DNA from: Chrysomallon squamiferum
Lineage: Eukaryota > Animalia > Mollusca
Direction of reading: 5' to 3'
Assembly: GCA_012295275.1 (NCBI GenBank)
Contig: CM022673.1
Coordinates: 3,100,001 to 3,164,000, forward strand
Length of the DNA: 64,000 nucleotides
In this document: positions 30,789 through 43,428 of the stretch, piece after piece
Position numbering within the stretch: the first letter of the stretch is position 1
Layout: every line of letters begins with the position of its first letter
Program-made: the position numbers and the translations under genes
The notes under the pieces: generated by a model
The model's database searches: none
The model's input: only the letters and a program-made list of their open reading frames with translations
What the model was told of the DNA's origin: nothing

Positions 30789-30895
30789 CTTGTATAATTA
30801 TTCCAAAAAACTGTTCATATAATAAATATTCTCAGTCTCTCTGGTGATAATGATAATCGTTTGAATGAACATAAAACACGTCGACCATTTTGATT
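30789..30895 (-). promoter_or_regulatory. Probable non-coding first exon / TSS region of FNBP4
   Basis: Minus-strand donor AAG|GTATGG at 30788. A YY1-like CAAAATGGTCGAC lies at about 30880-30892. The ATG exon begins with a splice acceptor, so an upstream exon is required. Confidence 0.55.
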
Positions 30896-31174
30896 TTTGG
30901 TCTTATTTAATTCCTTCCTCAAAGGAGCACCAACAGTTAGTTTTAAGGAAATATGCAAGTCATTTTGCAGTTTGGATCTTTCTTAAAATTATATAACTGT
31001 TTGAACTGTGTTATGTCTTTTTTCTTCTTCTAAAAAAAAAAAAATATTTTCCATAAAATTTAAGCATCTAAGTGTTAATAATATTTGTGATATGGTGGCT
31101 TAAATAAAAGCAGTGCTAGAAAGACTGAGTCTCTAGGACCTACATGTGCGATCTGATTTTTTTTTTGATACTCG

Positions 31175-31365
31175 TGTAGCGCGGCATTGTCTATTGTTAG
31201 AGCGTACCTTCAAAGTGCAGTGAATCAGTTTCACGTTCCAGCTATCACCCTACAACTGTTGTTACAAAGCTATGGTATGTAATATTCTGTCCGTGGAATG
31301 CTGTATGTTAAATATAGTTGTTTTCTGTTGAAAAAGAAAGCCTACGAACAGGCGACAGTGTGTTT
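31175..31365 (+). mobile_element. Degenerate tRNA-derived SINE remnant between FNBP4 and the Cys-rich gene
   Basis: Shares gttccag and aaagct(a/g)tggtatgt...ctgtccgtggaatg blocks with copies at about 46670 and 60330 in this window. Confidence 0.55.
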
Positions 31366-31812
31366 TACTGTTTTACTAACTGAAAGTTCATTCACTATAA
31401 ATTTTAATAAAATTATACATAACTGTAAGCCATCTATATATATTATTTTCTTGTTGAAGACATTTTTTCTTATTTCCTTTCAGGATATTATTCTTTCATT
31501 CCTATGTCGTCCGCACATTCGCAACGTTTCCAGGGGGGGGAATAAATCGAATGGTTATAACTGTCCACAAAATATCAAGTGGACAAAACGTGCGTGACGT
31601 GACCAGACTTAATCAAGTGATCAAACAGTGACTAACTGGGGACGAGATCAGAAAGATGGACATGAAAGTTTATTAGAATGTACATAGTTTCTTGTGCACT
31701 GATAAAAGATTTGTAACGTATTTAATTACGATGAACGTGTCGTTCAGATACTGTGATACATTCAGATATAGAAGTGTGGAAATACAGTAACAGAAATAAT
31801 ATGTGAGAGTAT

Positions 31813-31903
<91 letters not shown>

Positions 31904-32083
31904 AATACCTTATGAATTATCAGCTGCAAAGAAATTAGACCAAAAAATACAAAACATATGGTGAAGGATCCACTAGATAGTAAAATTATTTTAGTAGTAA
32001 GTTATCTTATCTGATTTAAAGACGAAGGAAACAAGACACGAACATACATTTACTATTTACACTCACAGGAAAGCCAAAACAAA

Positions 32084-32144
32084 ATGAATTCAGTTATTTT
32101 ATTTGCTCTTTTATGTACAGGTATGTTTTCATTTTTCATTTAAT

Positions 32145-32176
<32 letters not shown>

Positions 32177-32889
32177 TAGCTTTGTTTTTTTTTATTATTT
32201 TTTTTTTTTTTTAAATTCATTTTACAATAATAATAATTAATAATCTTTTCATCACACGTTTTCTTACTGAGTTTGCAATTATTTTCTGATTATTTCTTTG
32301 ATTAAATTATAGGGAAAAAATAATAAAGAAAGAAACAAACAAACAAACAAAGAACTCCTTGCTTTTTCTTTCAATTCAGAGCATTCCACATTCTCCATAT
32401 AAAGGTTATTTTAAAACCTTTTATCTTTTTCAGTTTTCTCATAATATCTTTTTTTGTTTCATTGTTATCATTTATAACGAATCTTTGTTTTTCATTTAGA
32501 TGTTTCTAGAACAATGTTTGTATAAAATTAAAATGAACAATTTTTGTTGAAGTTTTCGTTTTTTTTCATTCAGTTCTTTTTTTTTTTTTTTTTCCTCTCT
32601 CTTTTTTTTAGGAGCTTACGCTTCAACCATGCCAGTATTAGACTTTGTAAGTATTAGACTTTGTAAGTATTAGACTTTGTAAGTATTAGACTTTGTAAGT
32701 ATTAGACTTTGTAAGTCACCTTAATAGTAAATCGAAGACATTTTGTTTAAATTTCTCTACGTCGAAAAAATATTGTGTTAAAATCAATTGTTTAAAAATA
32801 AAATTAAAGTGAGATAAAACAAATAGGTAAAATAATGATAATAAAATATTGCAGAACAGTTTTAAAATACCTTTTTTCCTCATTTTTTC

Positions 32890-32938
<49 letters not shown>

Positions 32939-33771
32939 TGGATACATATCATATGAGGTAGGGATTTGTTACGTGTCTGTATCAAGTGCAGTAATTCAAA
33001 TACGCCCCTTTAAACCTCCTCCACTAGAAAGCATATTAATAAAAATTACTGTTTTGCTTCAGCTCAAATGGTGTCCTGTGATCGAATGTCCGGACATACG
33101 CTGTCCTGATGGTCTGCTAAAGAGATCCTTTCTTCCATTCCCTAATGGAAAACTGTGTCCTGCCTGTCAGAATACATGTGTTAGAAACCCCATGCTTATT
33201 AAAAAGGTAAACAATTATAAATAAATGTATTGATCCTGTAATAATAATAATAATAAGAAGAAGAAGAACAACAACAACAAAAACGACAACAATAACATCA
33301 TCATCTTCATCATGACTGTAATGAAAATGAATTACAATCTACTATTCGAAATTAACAGCAACACATAAAGACAACAACTTTTTCATTTCTTAAACAGCAG
33401 CTTAGACCACTATATACATTAAATTTGTGCTTTATGAATTTTTCTATGGCAACAGCAATAACATAATAATAATAAGAAGAAGAAGAAGAAGAAGATGATG
33501 ACGATGATGATAAACTATCACTACAAAAATAAGCTACAAAAAAAAAGTGCTTTGAAATTAAAATCATATACCATCATGTGAAGTGAAGATTTATTTCATG
33601 CTGTTGATATCTGGACTTGTTTTGTAGAGCGCTATTCTCCCGTGGTTTCCCTGTCCAGTGGTTGACTGCGCCCAGCCGACGTGTGACAGATCTCACTGGC
33701 TGACTACTACTGTCTCTATCGGCGGACGTCCGTGCTCGGGCTGTCCCGTCTGCACACAGTTACTTATTTAA
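32084..33771 (+). CDS. Small secreted cysteine-rich protein, 119 aa, two six-Cys modules (distantly antistasin-like spacing); exons 32084-32120, 32612-32646, 33063-33206, 33628-33771
   Basis: Good start context (AAAATG). Signal-peptide-like MNSVILFALLCTGAYAS. Canonical splice sites in phases 1,0,0. Modules CPVIECPDIRC-x17-CPACQNTC and CPVVDCAQPTC-x16-CSGCPVC. Stop TAA, then AATAAA at 33813 and 33828. Confidence 0.85.
32635..32716 (+). repeat. Five perfect tandem copies of 16-mer GTATTAGACTTTGTAA spanning an exon/intron junction
   Basis: Read directly from the sequence. Confidence 0.95.
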
Positions 33772-35230
33772 AGCCGCCATGACATTTTGCTGCGTTCCTA
33801 CAACAGCTACGCAATAAACTCCAGATAAATAAATTGCTTTGACAAATGTTTCATACTCTTTTTATTTTATTTTATTTTATTTATTTATTTTTATCTTATT
33901 TCTAATGAGTCTCCTGACAAATGAATTTTTTTTCCTTTGATATATATATATATAATGGCATTTCAATATTTATTTTTTCCAATATTAATTTGAGAACAAG
34001 ATATTTAACACGTATTGGTATTTTATTTTATTTTTTTTTTGCTTCTTCTTTTTTTATTTTCTGTGTGCATGTTTGATTTTATTTTGCTTTTAAATGTATA
34101 TTTATTACCTATTTTATGCATTTTTTAATCTAAAACTTTATTTTTTTATTTATATTATGATTATGATTATTATTTTATTCAGGTTTTTTGTTTATTATTT
34201 CCAAAATTCTTCTTATTATTATAATTATTTATTTATTAAGTAATTTATTTATAAATAGTGGCAAGCGATCTTTTGTGTGCACCTTCTCATAAATGGAAAG
34301 TATATATCATATGGTGTTTGTTAAACTAGTAATAAAACATTGGTTTTAAGTACTTTCTTAAATACTACATGTATGTCGTCAATTTTCAAAGCTTTTGGTG
34401 TTTTTTTTTCTTTCTTTCTTTCTTTCTTTTCAAAAGTATTATTAAAAAAGAAAAAGGAGAAAAAAAAAAAAAAAAAAAAAAAAAAAACGTTCAACTATCG
34501 AAATATCTTTTTGTTTTCACAGTTGTAAATTTTTATTTGTTCTTTGGCCAGACAGAATTGAAGAGAACTGTGAATAATTATTCATTGTCGAGATCCACCA
34601 TTCATGATTCTTATCACATCTGATATTTGACTTATTCGTTACAGCTCTAATGTTTACCATTACAATCAAATAATAAACTTGTTTTCCATTGATATTTGCT
34701 TAATAAATGACTTCGTTGTCAATCGAACATCAGTTGATTCTGCCAGTACGTAAAACAATACTGCAAGGTTAAATGCCAGATGACAACGATAACGATAATA
34801 AGAACTATTGTAAAATGAATGCTGCTTTTAGATTCCAACTATCGAATATCCCTTTTTGTTATTGAGAGAACTGCCATTGTCACTGTTCCGTTATTTTACC
34901 GAGGTTATTATTGGAATATATCAACAAAAACCTGTCATTAGCAAGATATCCTATAATACAAATAACAAAGACATGTCACGCGCGCAGCTGGCTGCTGATT
35001 GCAAAAATATTCTGATTATAACCTGTCATGTCACTGACGGAAACAGGACGCCATTACGTGATGACGTAGGTAAGACCGGTTACTCTTGAAGTCGATAAGT
35101 AAAAAAAAAAAAAAAAAAAATGTCTTTCACGTATAATATTAATAATAATTATTGTTGTTGTTGTTGTTGTTGTATTTATTCAAACTGTTGCGAGGAATGA
35201 TCCAGTTACTAACGGTCTTTTGTCTATAAG

Positions 35231-35341
<111 letters not shown>

Positions 35342-38300
35342 ATCTTTATTTTCAATTATTTATTTCCATATCGGAATATATTTTATTTCTTCATCATTTT
35401 ATTTTACATCTACCTGCTTTTAACCTCTTTGTATAGATGCATCAATCTTTTTCTTACTCGGTACGCCAAAATCGTTCAGTAGTTATTAAGTAGCTGGCTT
35501 TTTTAAATTTTAAACATCTATGAACTTGTTCTTTTCTTTATCTTCGTTTTTCTTCCTTGACTGATACACTTGATGCTGGCAAGCACTCTCGCAAAGTACT
35601 ATCATTTAACAACTAAATATGTTGTTTGTGTGGATACAAGGATAAAAACATTGCTGATCTCACATTGCACGGAGCGATCGACTTCAAGGCAGTCATTAAA
35701 ATCTGGGAAAGAAGACGATGCTGTTTCTGTCAGATACAGATAACACTCCTGGAAATTATAAAAGTAGCGCTAAGTAAGCTTCAGTGCAATATTCTGTGAC
35801 TAGAAGAAATATCTACATCTGATCTGTCTGTCTGTGTGACTATCTGTATATTTGTCTGTCTGTCCATTGTATTCAGTTTTTGTTGTTCATTATTTCCCCT
35901 TTTTTTTTTTTTTTAACAAAACAAAAAGAGCAAACAACAACAACAACAACAAAAAGAAAAGAAAAAGAGATTGTCGACCAGAGCTCGTTTCTGTGATTAA
36001 GTTTTTTATTTAATGACTTACATTGTTACAAACACTAACCGCATTACGTATTATTTTAACAAATAATTAGTATTAAGAGTAAAATGGATTACAGTAGTAA
36101 GATATAAATTCCCGTTATGTGTGTATATACTTCTTTATTTATCTCATTTTTTACGCCCTGTGTTTAGACTTGGAAGAACTGCGCGTGTTTTAAACAGAAC
36201 ATCAAACAGTATAATGAAAATAAGCGGAAAGAAAATATGGCAGCTGATTTCAGTAATAATTCTCATTATACAGTACTGATTAGGAAACGAAAATACTTCT
36301 TCATTACGTGATGATGCATATAAAAACTGAATATTTCCAGAGTACGTTGACTTGAATTAACAAATGTCATTTAACACATCACACGTAACAGAAAAACTGA
36401 AGTGAATTATTCGTGTTAGAAATAGATTATTGTTAATATTTATTTATTTATTAAATAATCCGATTTTGGAGAAATCTGATATTTAGTTTGTATTTTTATT
36501 TTTAATTTTTTAATTAACCGATTCAGAACAGACATCAATATTATAAAAGGGATATGGAAAGGTGCTGAAAACGGTTACGTTTATTTCTTTTAAATTTTAC
36601 TTTATAAACATTTGAATAATATGAATATATTTAATACGAAACTTCCACAGAACGATTAGTAAAATATCCCTGGCTGCTGTTTACATTGCCCTGACAGTAA
36701 AATTATATTAATTTTAACAAATACGTTATAACCATAATAATAAATATTATAAAACCTGATATCATACTGTAAAATATACATCCTTTATTATTTTATTATT
36801 ATTATTATTATTATTTTTTTTTTCAGATATAGTTATTTTCCATACAGAGATAATTATCGCTTCTTCAGTAATCTAATTATTAAAGTTAATTATAATTAAC
36901 AATGTCTGCATACGTTAACGATTGTCCTTACGGTTATCACTTCACACTGTTTTGAACACTTCAAAGGATGGCAAAATAACATCTGTACCATACTGCCTCC
37001 TCTCTCATATGCGCACCCATCCTTTCCGTTAGAAAAAAAGGAATATTATCACTGTAAAACCCACGGACATGCGTTTTAGTTTATCTGCAGGTTTATGGGG
37101 TTAATGGATTCGGTCGCTTCTGGCGCAAACAGACAGGAAAAGCGATCGTTTTACAGGTATGTATGCTTGCTGTGTAGAAAGCTGGATAAAACAGAAGTCT
37201 GAAGATCGCAGGTTCCATCACGATTCCAAGTAAAACAAAGCTCAGCGCACAGGAAAGGAAATTACAAAAAAACAAAAAAAAAAAAAAACCTCCAGTAGAA
37301 AATAATAATAATTAAAAATAATTTAAAAAGAAGAAAAGGTGAAGAAACGATATTTATAGAATGTAATAATATAGTATAATTACTCTTGGGATCCATAAAA
37401 GCGAGTATGGAGGCGTCAGTTATCAAGTTGTCAGTGTGTTTAACGTTGATTTTTTTTAATTAATTTTTTTTATTTATTTATTGTGTTTCTGTTTAAAGAT
37501 ACTGCTTATCTCCCTTTAATGCGGTATAGCGTCTGCAATGCATGCAATTGTATGTGTGTGTGTGTGTGGTTTTCACGTTAATGGGATACGGTAAAATAAC
37601 AAATAACTGAGAAAACGTTTGTTGGATCTGACACGGTTATTTAATGAGTTATGATTTATATTATCAGTTTTAATATCTACCATTTGCACGTATGTATTTT
37701 TGTATAAGCCTGTTTTTTCATAAAAATAAAACATACAAAGCAGTCTGTAATTCATTATCAAAACAAAACAAAGAAAACATACAAAAGAAAAAAAAAAAAA
37801 AAAAACAAACATAAAATAAACACAACAACAAAAAAACCAAACACTATAATTTATCAAATGAAAGTGTTTAACAATACACCCATGGTCTGGCTTTCAAATA
37901 TAATATTTATATTACCATATCTTGGTTATGGTGCATGTTCAGTCAGTCATGCGCAGTTCACTGCAGGATTTGTCCCCCTCCCCCACGATTCGAGTACATC
38001 ATTACGCATCGCATTTCCTGTTGAGTACAAAGAAAGATGAAGAATTTTATAGAGCAGGCGTGTTTTTGAAACCAGACTGATATTTCCATTCAGATTATCT
38101 ATTTGTATGTGTGTAAAAAAAAAAAAAGCGCTTTCGTTTTGGTTGTGTGCATCGTTTATTTTATCTTGCCAGGCAGAAATAAATGTCCAGCAATAAAGAG
38201 TTTTTTGTGTATGTCTTATTAAGCGTTTAAAGTCTAGACATGCGATAGAAGCACAAACAAAAGAATATTTATTTATCATTTTAGGTTTTGGAAGAATCCT

Positions 38301-38979
38301 TTTGATACAATCAATAAACCATTTCAGAACTTTGACGTCAGCCGTCTTGGCAGTTTGAATCCATTATCAGGAAGACATGATATTAAGAACTACTTTTGAG
38401 AGTTTAATATTCGATTTTCATGTTTTGTGAACGGAATGTCAGCATTAATTGTTAAAAGCTTCTTTTTTTTTTCTCACAGAAAACCAATTAATATACAGTA
38501 GATGCAATATCTGTTGTTGTAGTTAAATCTCTAAGTGTCTCTTTAACTTCCCTTCTCTTTCCTTTTCTTTGTCTCTTTGATGCATATATACATACCCACT
38601 CATAAACTTACAGACACATACACTCACAAACATAATATTCATACACACAAACATATATACTGATACATATATATATATATATATATACACACACAAACTT
38701 ACATCAAGCACACACAAACATAAATACTTACACACATACATACATACATACTAATACACATACGTTTACACAAAAATGCACAAACACACACATACACGTA
38801 AAAGATTCGCTGTAATTGATTAGGCCATGAAATAACGACACTTTCAGAATATGATTACAAAAAACACGAGAATTACATGTGATACGTTATAACCTTTTAT
38901 TATAAAAGTGTGTTGATGGATCGTTAAGCAAAATATTCCTCTGTCAATTCTGTGTTTTGTTAGAGTGCCCAGTACACAT

Positions 38980-39182
38980 TCATGGCGCATGCGTGCTACA
39001 GAAATCAAATCACTCACAGTCGTAAAGCTATCCCTCATTTTCTTTTTCCTCTCAACCTTTCGCCTCTATAACTTCAAACTCTAAAAGTAGCACACATATC
39101 ACACACGATTCAGTGATTAAACCACAATGTTCTGTCAACGTCTGCGAGTTTCTATGCCAGTTTTCTAACCCTAAGTGTCACA
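38980..39182 (+). promoter_or_regulatory. Probable promoter and non-coding first exon of a gene extending to the right
   Basis: NRF1-like GCGCATGCG at 38985-38993; pyrimidine-rich initiator-like tract at about 39030-39066; strong donor GTAAGT at 39183; CpG content locally elevated. Confidence 0.45.
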
Positions 39183-39841
39183 GTAAGTTATTAACCGCTG
39201 ATTAATGATTATTGTTAAATAATGTTAAACAAATATTTCGTTTGTTCTGTTTTGATTGGTTCAGCATTGTCCGGTTATTCGTTGATAACGAAATGAATTT
39301 AGTTTCCATTGATTTTCATAGCCAAAGCTGATATTTATTCTTTCTTTTAATCACACACACACACACACACACGCCGATAACAGTAGATATTCTAAATAAG
39401 CTAGTTCGTGCGACAGTAATTCTCGTTTTTATTAATACTGATTTCGATAATTCTGTATTGAATTTCGTATTGGTAAATTTGTCCAGGTGTTGTTAAATAC
39501 AGTACTCTATTTGACATTGCAGAGAGATGAATTAAGTAGACTGTGTATTATGTTGCCTTTACGTGTGGCTTAGTAATATAGTGTATTTAATATAGTGATC
39601 GCATGGGTAGAGTAACCCATTTTTTGGATTCTTTTAACGTAATCTTCTAAGATTCTGAGTTTGGTTTTCATTTATTCCTGTATTAGTACTGATTACAATT
39701 TGTTCGTTTGCTGCTTTTTTGTATTTATTTGTCATCGTCATCATCATCATCATCATCATTATTTTTATTATTGTTGTTGTCCTTGTTAAAAATGGTGTTT
39801 AATTACTATTACTACTACAACAACTACTTCTGCTATTACTA

Positions 39842-39883
<42 letters not shown>

Positions 39884-41424
39884 CACACACACACACATAT
39901 ATATATTTATTTAAACTTATATTATTCTTATACTTTATTATTAGCAAAGATTGGTGTAAAGTATTAGAACAAAAAATCACACTGAATAATAATAATAATA
40001 ATGACACACTATATTTATTTGTACACTGATTTCTGTTTTGTTTATTACGTAGATTTTCGAGTGGGCTGAACGGTGTGGGTTGGTGGGACTGCCATTCACT
40101 CTGTCACTGGCATCGACTCACGATTGGTATCTGCTGTCAGAAAGAGGTTCAGCTTGGATTATTGTTCAGAAATCAACTGCGGGCTTTTTTTTTTTTTTTT
40201 TTTGATAAAGAATCTATTTCCTTGATGGAGTTTCTATAAATACACTGTTCAGTGACACGATCGTCTTGTTTATTGTTACTGACAGGAAATTCACACCACG
40301 AATGGTTTTTCTAGCAGCGCGGTAATATCCCAGCGTTAACAGAGGGTGTTAAAACACAGATCACTCGGTAACGTGCGAGTGCAGAGGTGGAATATTAAAT
40401 ATTAATAAATGGTTTTACCTTTGGTACGAAATGGTCGCAGCAGCTGAATACATACGGCTTTTTTTTTTTTTTTTTTTATCTGTGTTAGATGTTAATGGTT
40501 GTTAGTTTAACACTTTTGAATGTTAACTTTGGGGGATATTTTACCGTTAAATATGTATGTTTTTTTTTTTTTTTTTTTAATGGATTCGATTTTATATTAA
40601 TTGTTATAATATTCAGCTGCGAATGTATTTAATTTTCATGTAGTAACATTTTCCTATAAGGTAATAAAAACGTGGCCTTATTCATACCCTATAGTTAGTT
40701 ATCTTTGTGGTTAACAAGGTTTGTAAGAAAAAGAAGGAAAACAAATCTAAATCTACACGTATACATATATTGAGTTATGTGCGTGTGTGTGCGTCTGTGT
40801 GTGTTTGTATTAAAGCCTTCATTTGTAATAATATCTTCAGTTCTAGTTAACATCGGCAGCGGAAAAAGATGATCTGCTGATTTTAAACAGATAATATTAT
40901 TTCTCTCTCCATCGTCTTGAATGCTAAATGTTAATCCATGGCGTGATTGATACAAATGTTCATGTTTAAAACGCCATTATCAGATTTGCTAAATATGAAA
41001 ACGTTTCTTTGATATTTGAGGTATCATGTTTCATTTTTTGTTGGTTTATATAATGTGTATATTTTCGTACTTATGTATAATATGTGTAAATGTATGTATG
41101 TATATCTATGTATGAATATGTATGTATATATGTATGTATGTATGTTTTCTTTAATTTAAATTAATTTTTTTGTGTGTGGAATCCTACATATTACGTGAAA
41201 ATACAATACAAAAACATGTATAATTATGTATGTATGGATGAATACGTGTACATGTGTTTTGTATGTGCATTTAGGCATGTATATACACGTAGAAAACATT
41301 ACAAATACATTACAATGTGTAATACGGTCCAGTTAATTTCAAATCTTTTAAAGCCTTTGATTTGTTTGCATTTCATTTATTTCGTTTCGAGCTTCAGTCT
41401 TTATTATTCTGACATGCACAAACT

Positions 41425-41537
41425 TGACGATGTTGCTGTGAGTTATTTTCTACTAATCCCCTTTGTTCTGCTGCTCAAACGTGACGATGTTGCTGTGAGT
41501 TATTTTGTACTAATCCCCTTTGTTCTGCTGCTCAAAC
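41425..41537. repeat. 57-bp direct tandem duplication (2 copies)
   Basis: tgacgatgttgctgtgagttatttt(c/g)tactaatcccctttgttctgctgctcaaac occurs twice. Confidence 0.92.
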
Positions 41538-41613
41538 TTAGCTTATTAAAGGTTTATTATTATGCGTGTAATGAACTATGAATTTGTTTAACCACAAATG
41601 AAAAATTTAATTC

Positions 41614-42374
41614 TTGGCGGCCTTTAAATCTGTGTAATTAGAAAGCAGTATTTGTTTAATGCTGTTCCGATGTATCGTTTAATAATAGGATATTCGATGT
41701 TTAGCATGTGGTAATGAATATACTTTGTTTTGCTTCAAAGACAGTATTGCTTATATTCTGTTCTATGCCCACTGATTATTGAATGTCTAATTTACTATTT
41801 AACTTTCTTGAGAATGTGTATTTGTATATATATTGTTGTGTATGTTCATAGAGTTTTGTCGATATGTATATATATATATAACCCCTACAAAAAAAGCTTA
41901 CGTACGTACACACAAACATCCAAAACACAGAATAAAACGGTATACACATACGCATTAACACGCGCTAAAGTTGTATAATGGTCTTATTTGAAGAGTGCTG
42001 ATCGACTGAAATAAATATGTAAATAGTTTGTGAGAGAGTAAAGTAAAAAATAAAAGTAGTATTTGTGTGTGTGTGTGTTTGCGTGCGCGCGCGCGCTAAT
42101 GTGTTTATATTTGTCTTGTTTTTTGTTTGTTTTGGATGTTTGTGTGTACGTAGGTATTTTTATTTTTTTTGGAGGAGGATATATATATATATATATATAT
42201 GAACACACACACAAATACGGTTGTGGGAAAAAATGGCACTAGAAATAATGCCACCGAAAAAAATGGCTCTCGATTACCACATGCTTAACATCGAATATCC
42301 TAATATTAAAAGATATACTGGAAGAGCATTAAACAAACATTGCGTTCTAATTACAAAGATCTAAAGGTCGCCAA
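41614..42374. mobile_element. Foldback/MITE-like element with nested inverted repeats
   Basis: 41614-41715 is the reverse complement of 42273-42374 (roughly 85% identity by eye). There is an inner inverted pair at about 41866-41966 and 42085-42200. Confidence 0.7.
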
Positions 42375-43393
42375 ATATTACTGTTACAGAGGCAGACACA
42401 GCTTCTAGTCTAAATGTACGGCTCCAAGGTGTTCGGCGCTTTTAATAATGCATTAGTGGTGATCTCCCTTTGAAGACGTCTTCTGTTTATAGTTTCCGGA
42501 CTCTAAAAACATGTGGAAGAGCTTGACAAGTGAGGTAATTGCGTTTGTATTGCCCAACACATCGGCTTGGTGTTTACAAGGATGTAATATAAGTGTGTGT
42601 TTATGTCGACTTTAATATTTACAGTGATAACAAGAAAGATATGCCGCATTTTTTTCTTGTTACTCGAGCGTAGAACGTCTGTTAGCACGTAGTGGATGGA
42701 GTCGGTCTCAAAGCATCGGAGATTAGCTCCGTTTTCTCTCTTATTAAGAAAGCTATTTTATCCATTTAAACTTTAGTCTCTTTTATTTGTTTGTTTGTTT
42801 GTTTGTTTATTTGTTCTGTTAGTTTATATTTATTCGTTTATTTATTTAGTTAGTTTTATATTTATTTGTTTGTTTTATTGCTTGTTCAGTTTTTTATTTT
42901 TTTGGTATTATTTTTATTTTAATTTTTTAAAGGGTTATCATCATCATCATCATCATCATCATCATTAATACTCATAATTATAGGATCCGAAGTAAAGAAG
43001 TATGCTTTGTCCGACTGATTAAAAAAAATAAATAAAATTAATTAATTAATTAATGCAATGCAATGAAATAAAATAAAATAAAATAAAAATAAAATAAAAT
43101 AAAATAAAATAAAATAAAATAAAATAAAATAAAATAAAATAAAAAATAAAAAATAAAAAATAAATAAAAATAAATAAATAAATATACATAGAACTAGCCC
43201 AGAATGAAGGTGTCGGCTTGTAAATACTTATATAAACACAAACATAGCTGGAAGTTGTGATAATCCTAAGTACACCATCCATTACCATCTGCATGAATAT
43301 TTCGTACGGAATAAGAGCGGGGTAAAACATTGACACATACTATTATATGCATGATCATACACACACTCTGTATTCAATCATTAGGACAACATT

Positions 43394-43428
<35 letters not shown>

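Noticed and set aside
37091-37120. Translation GVNGFGR, matching the GAPDH N-terminal motif
   Set aside because: Similarity stops after 7 residues (FWRK instead of IGRL) and no other GAPDH exon is in the window, so it is probably coincidental.
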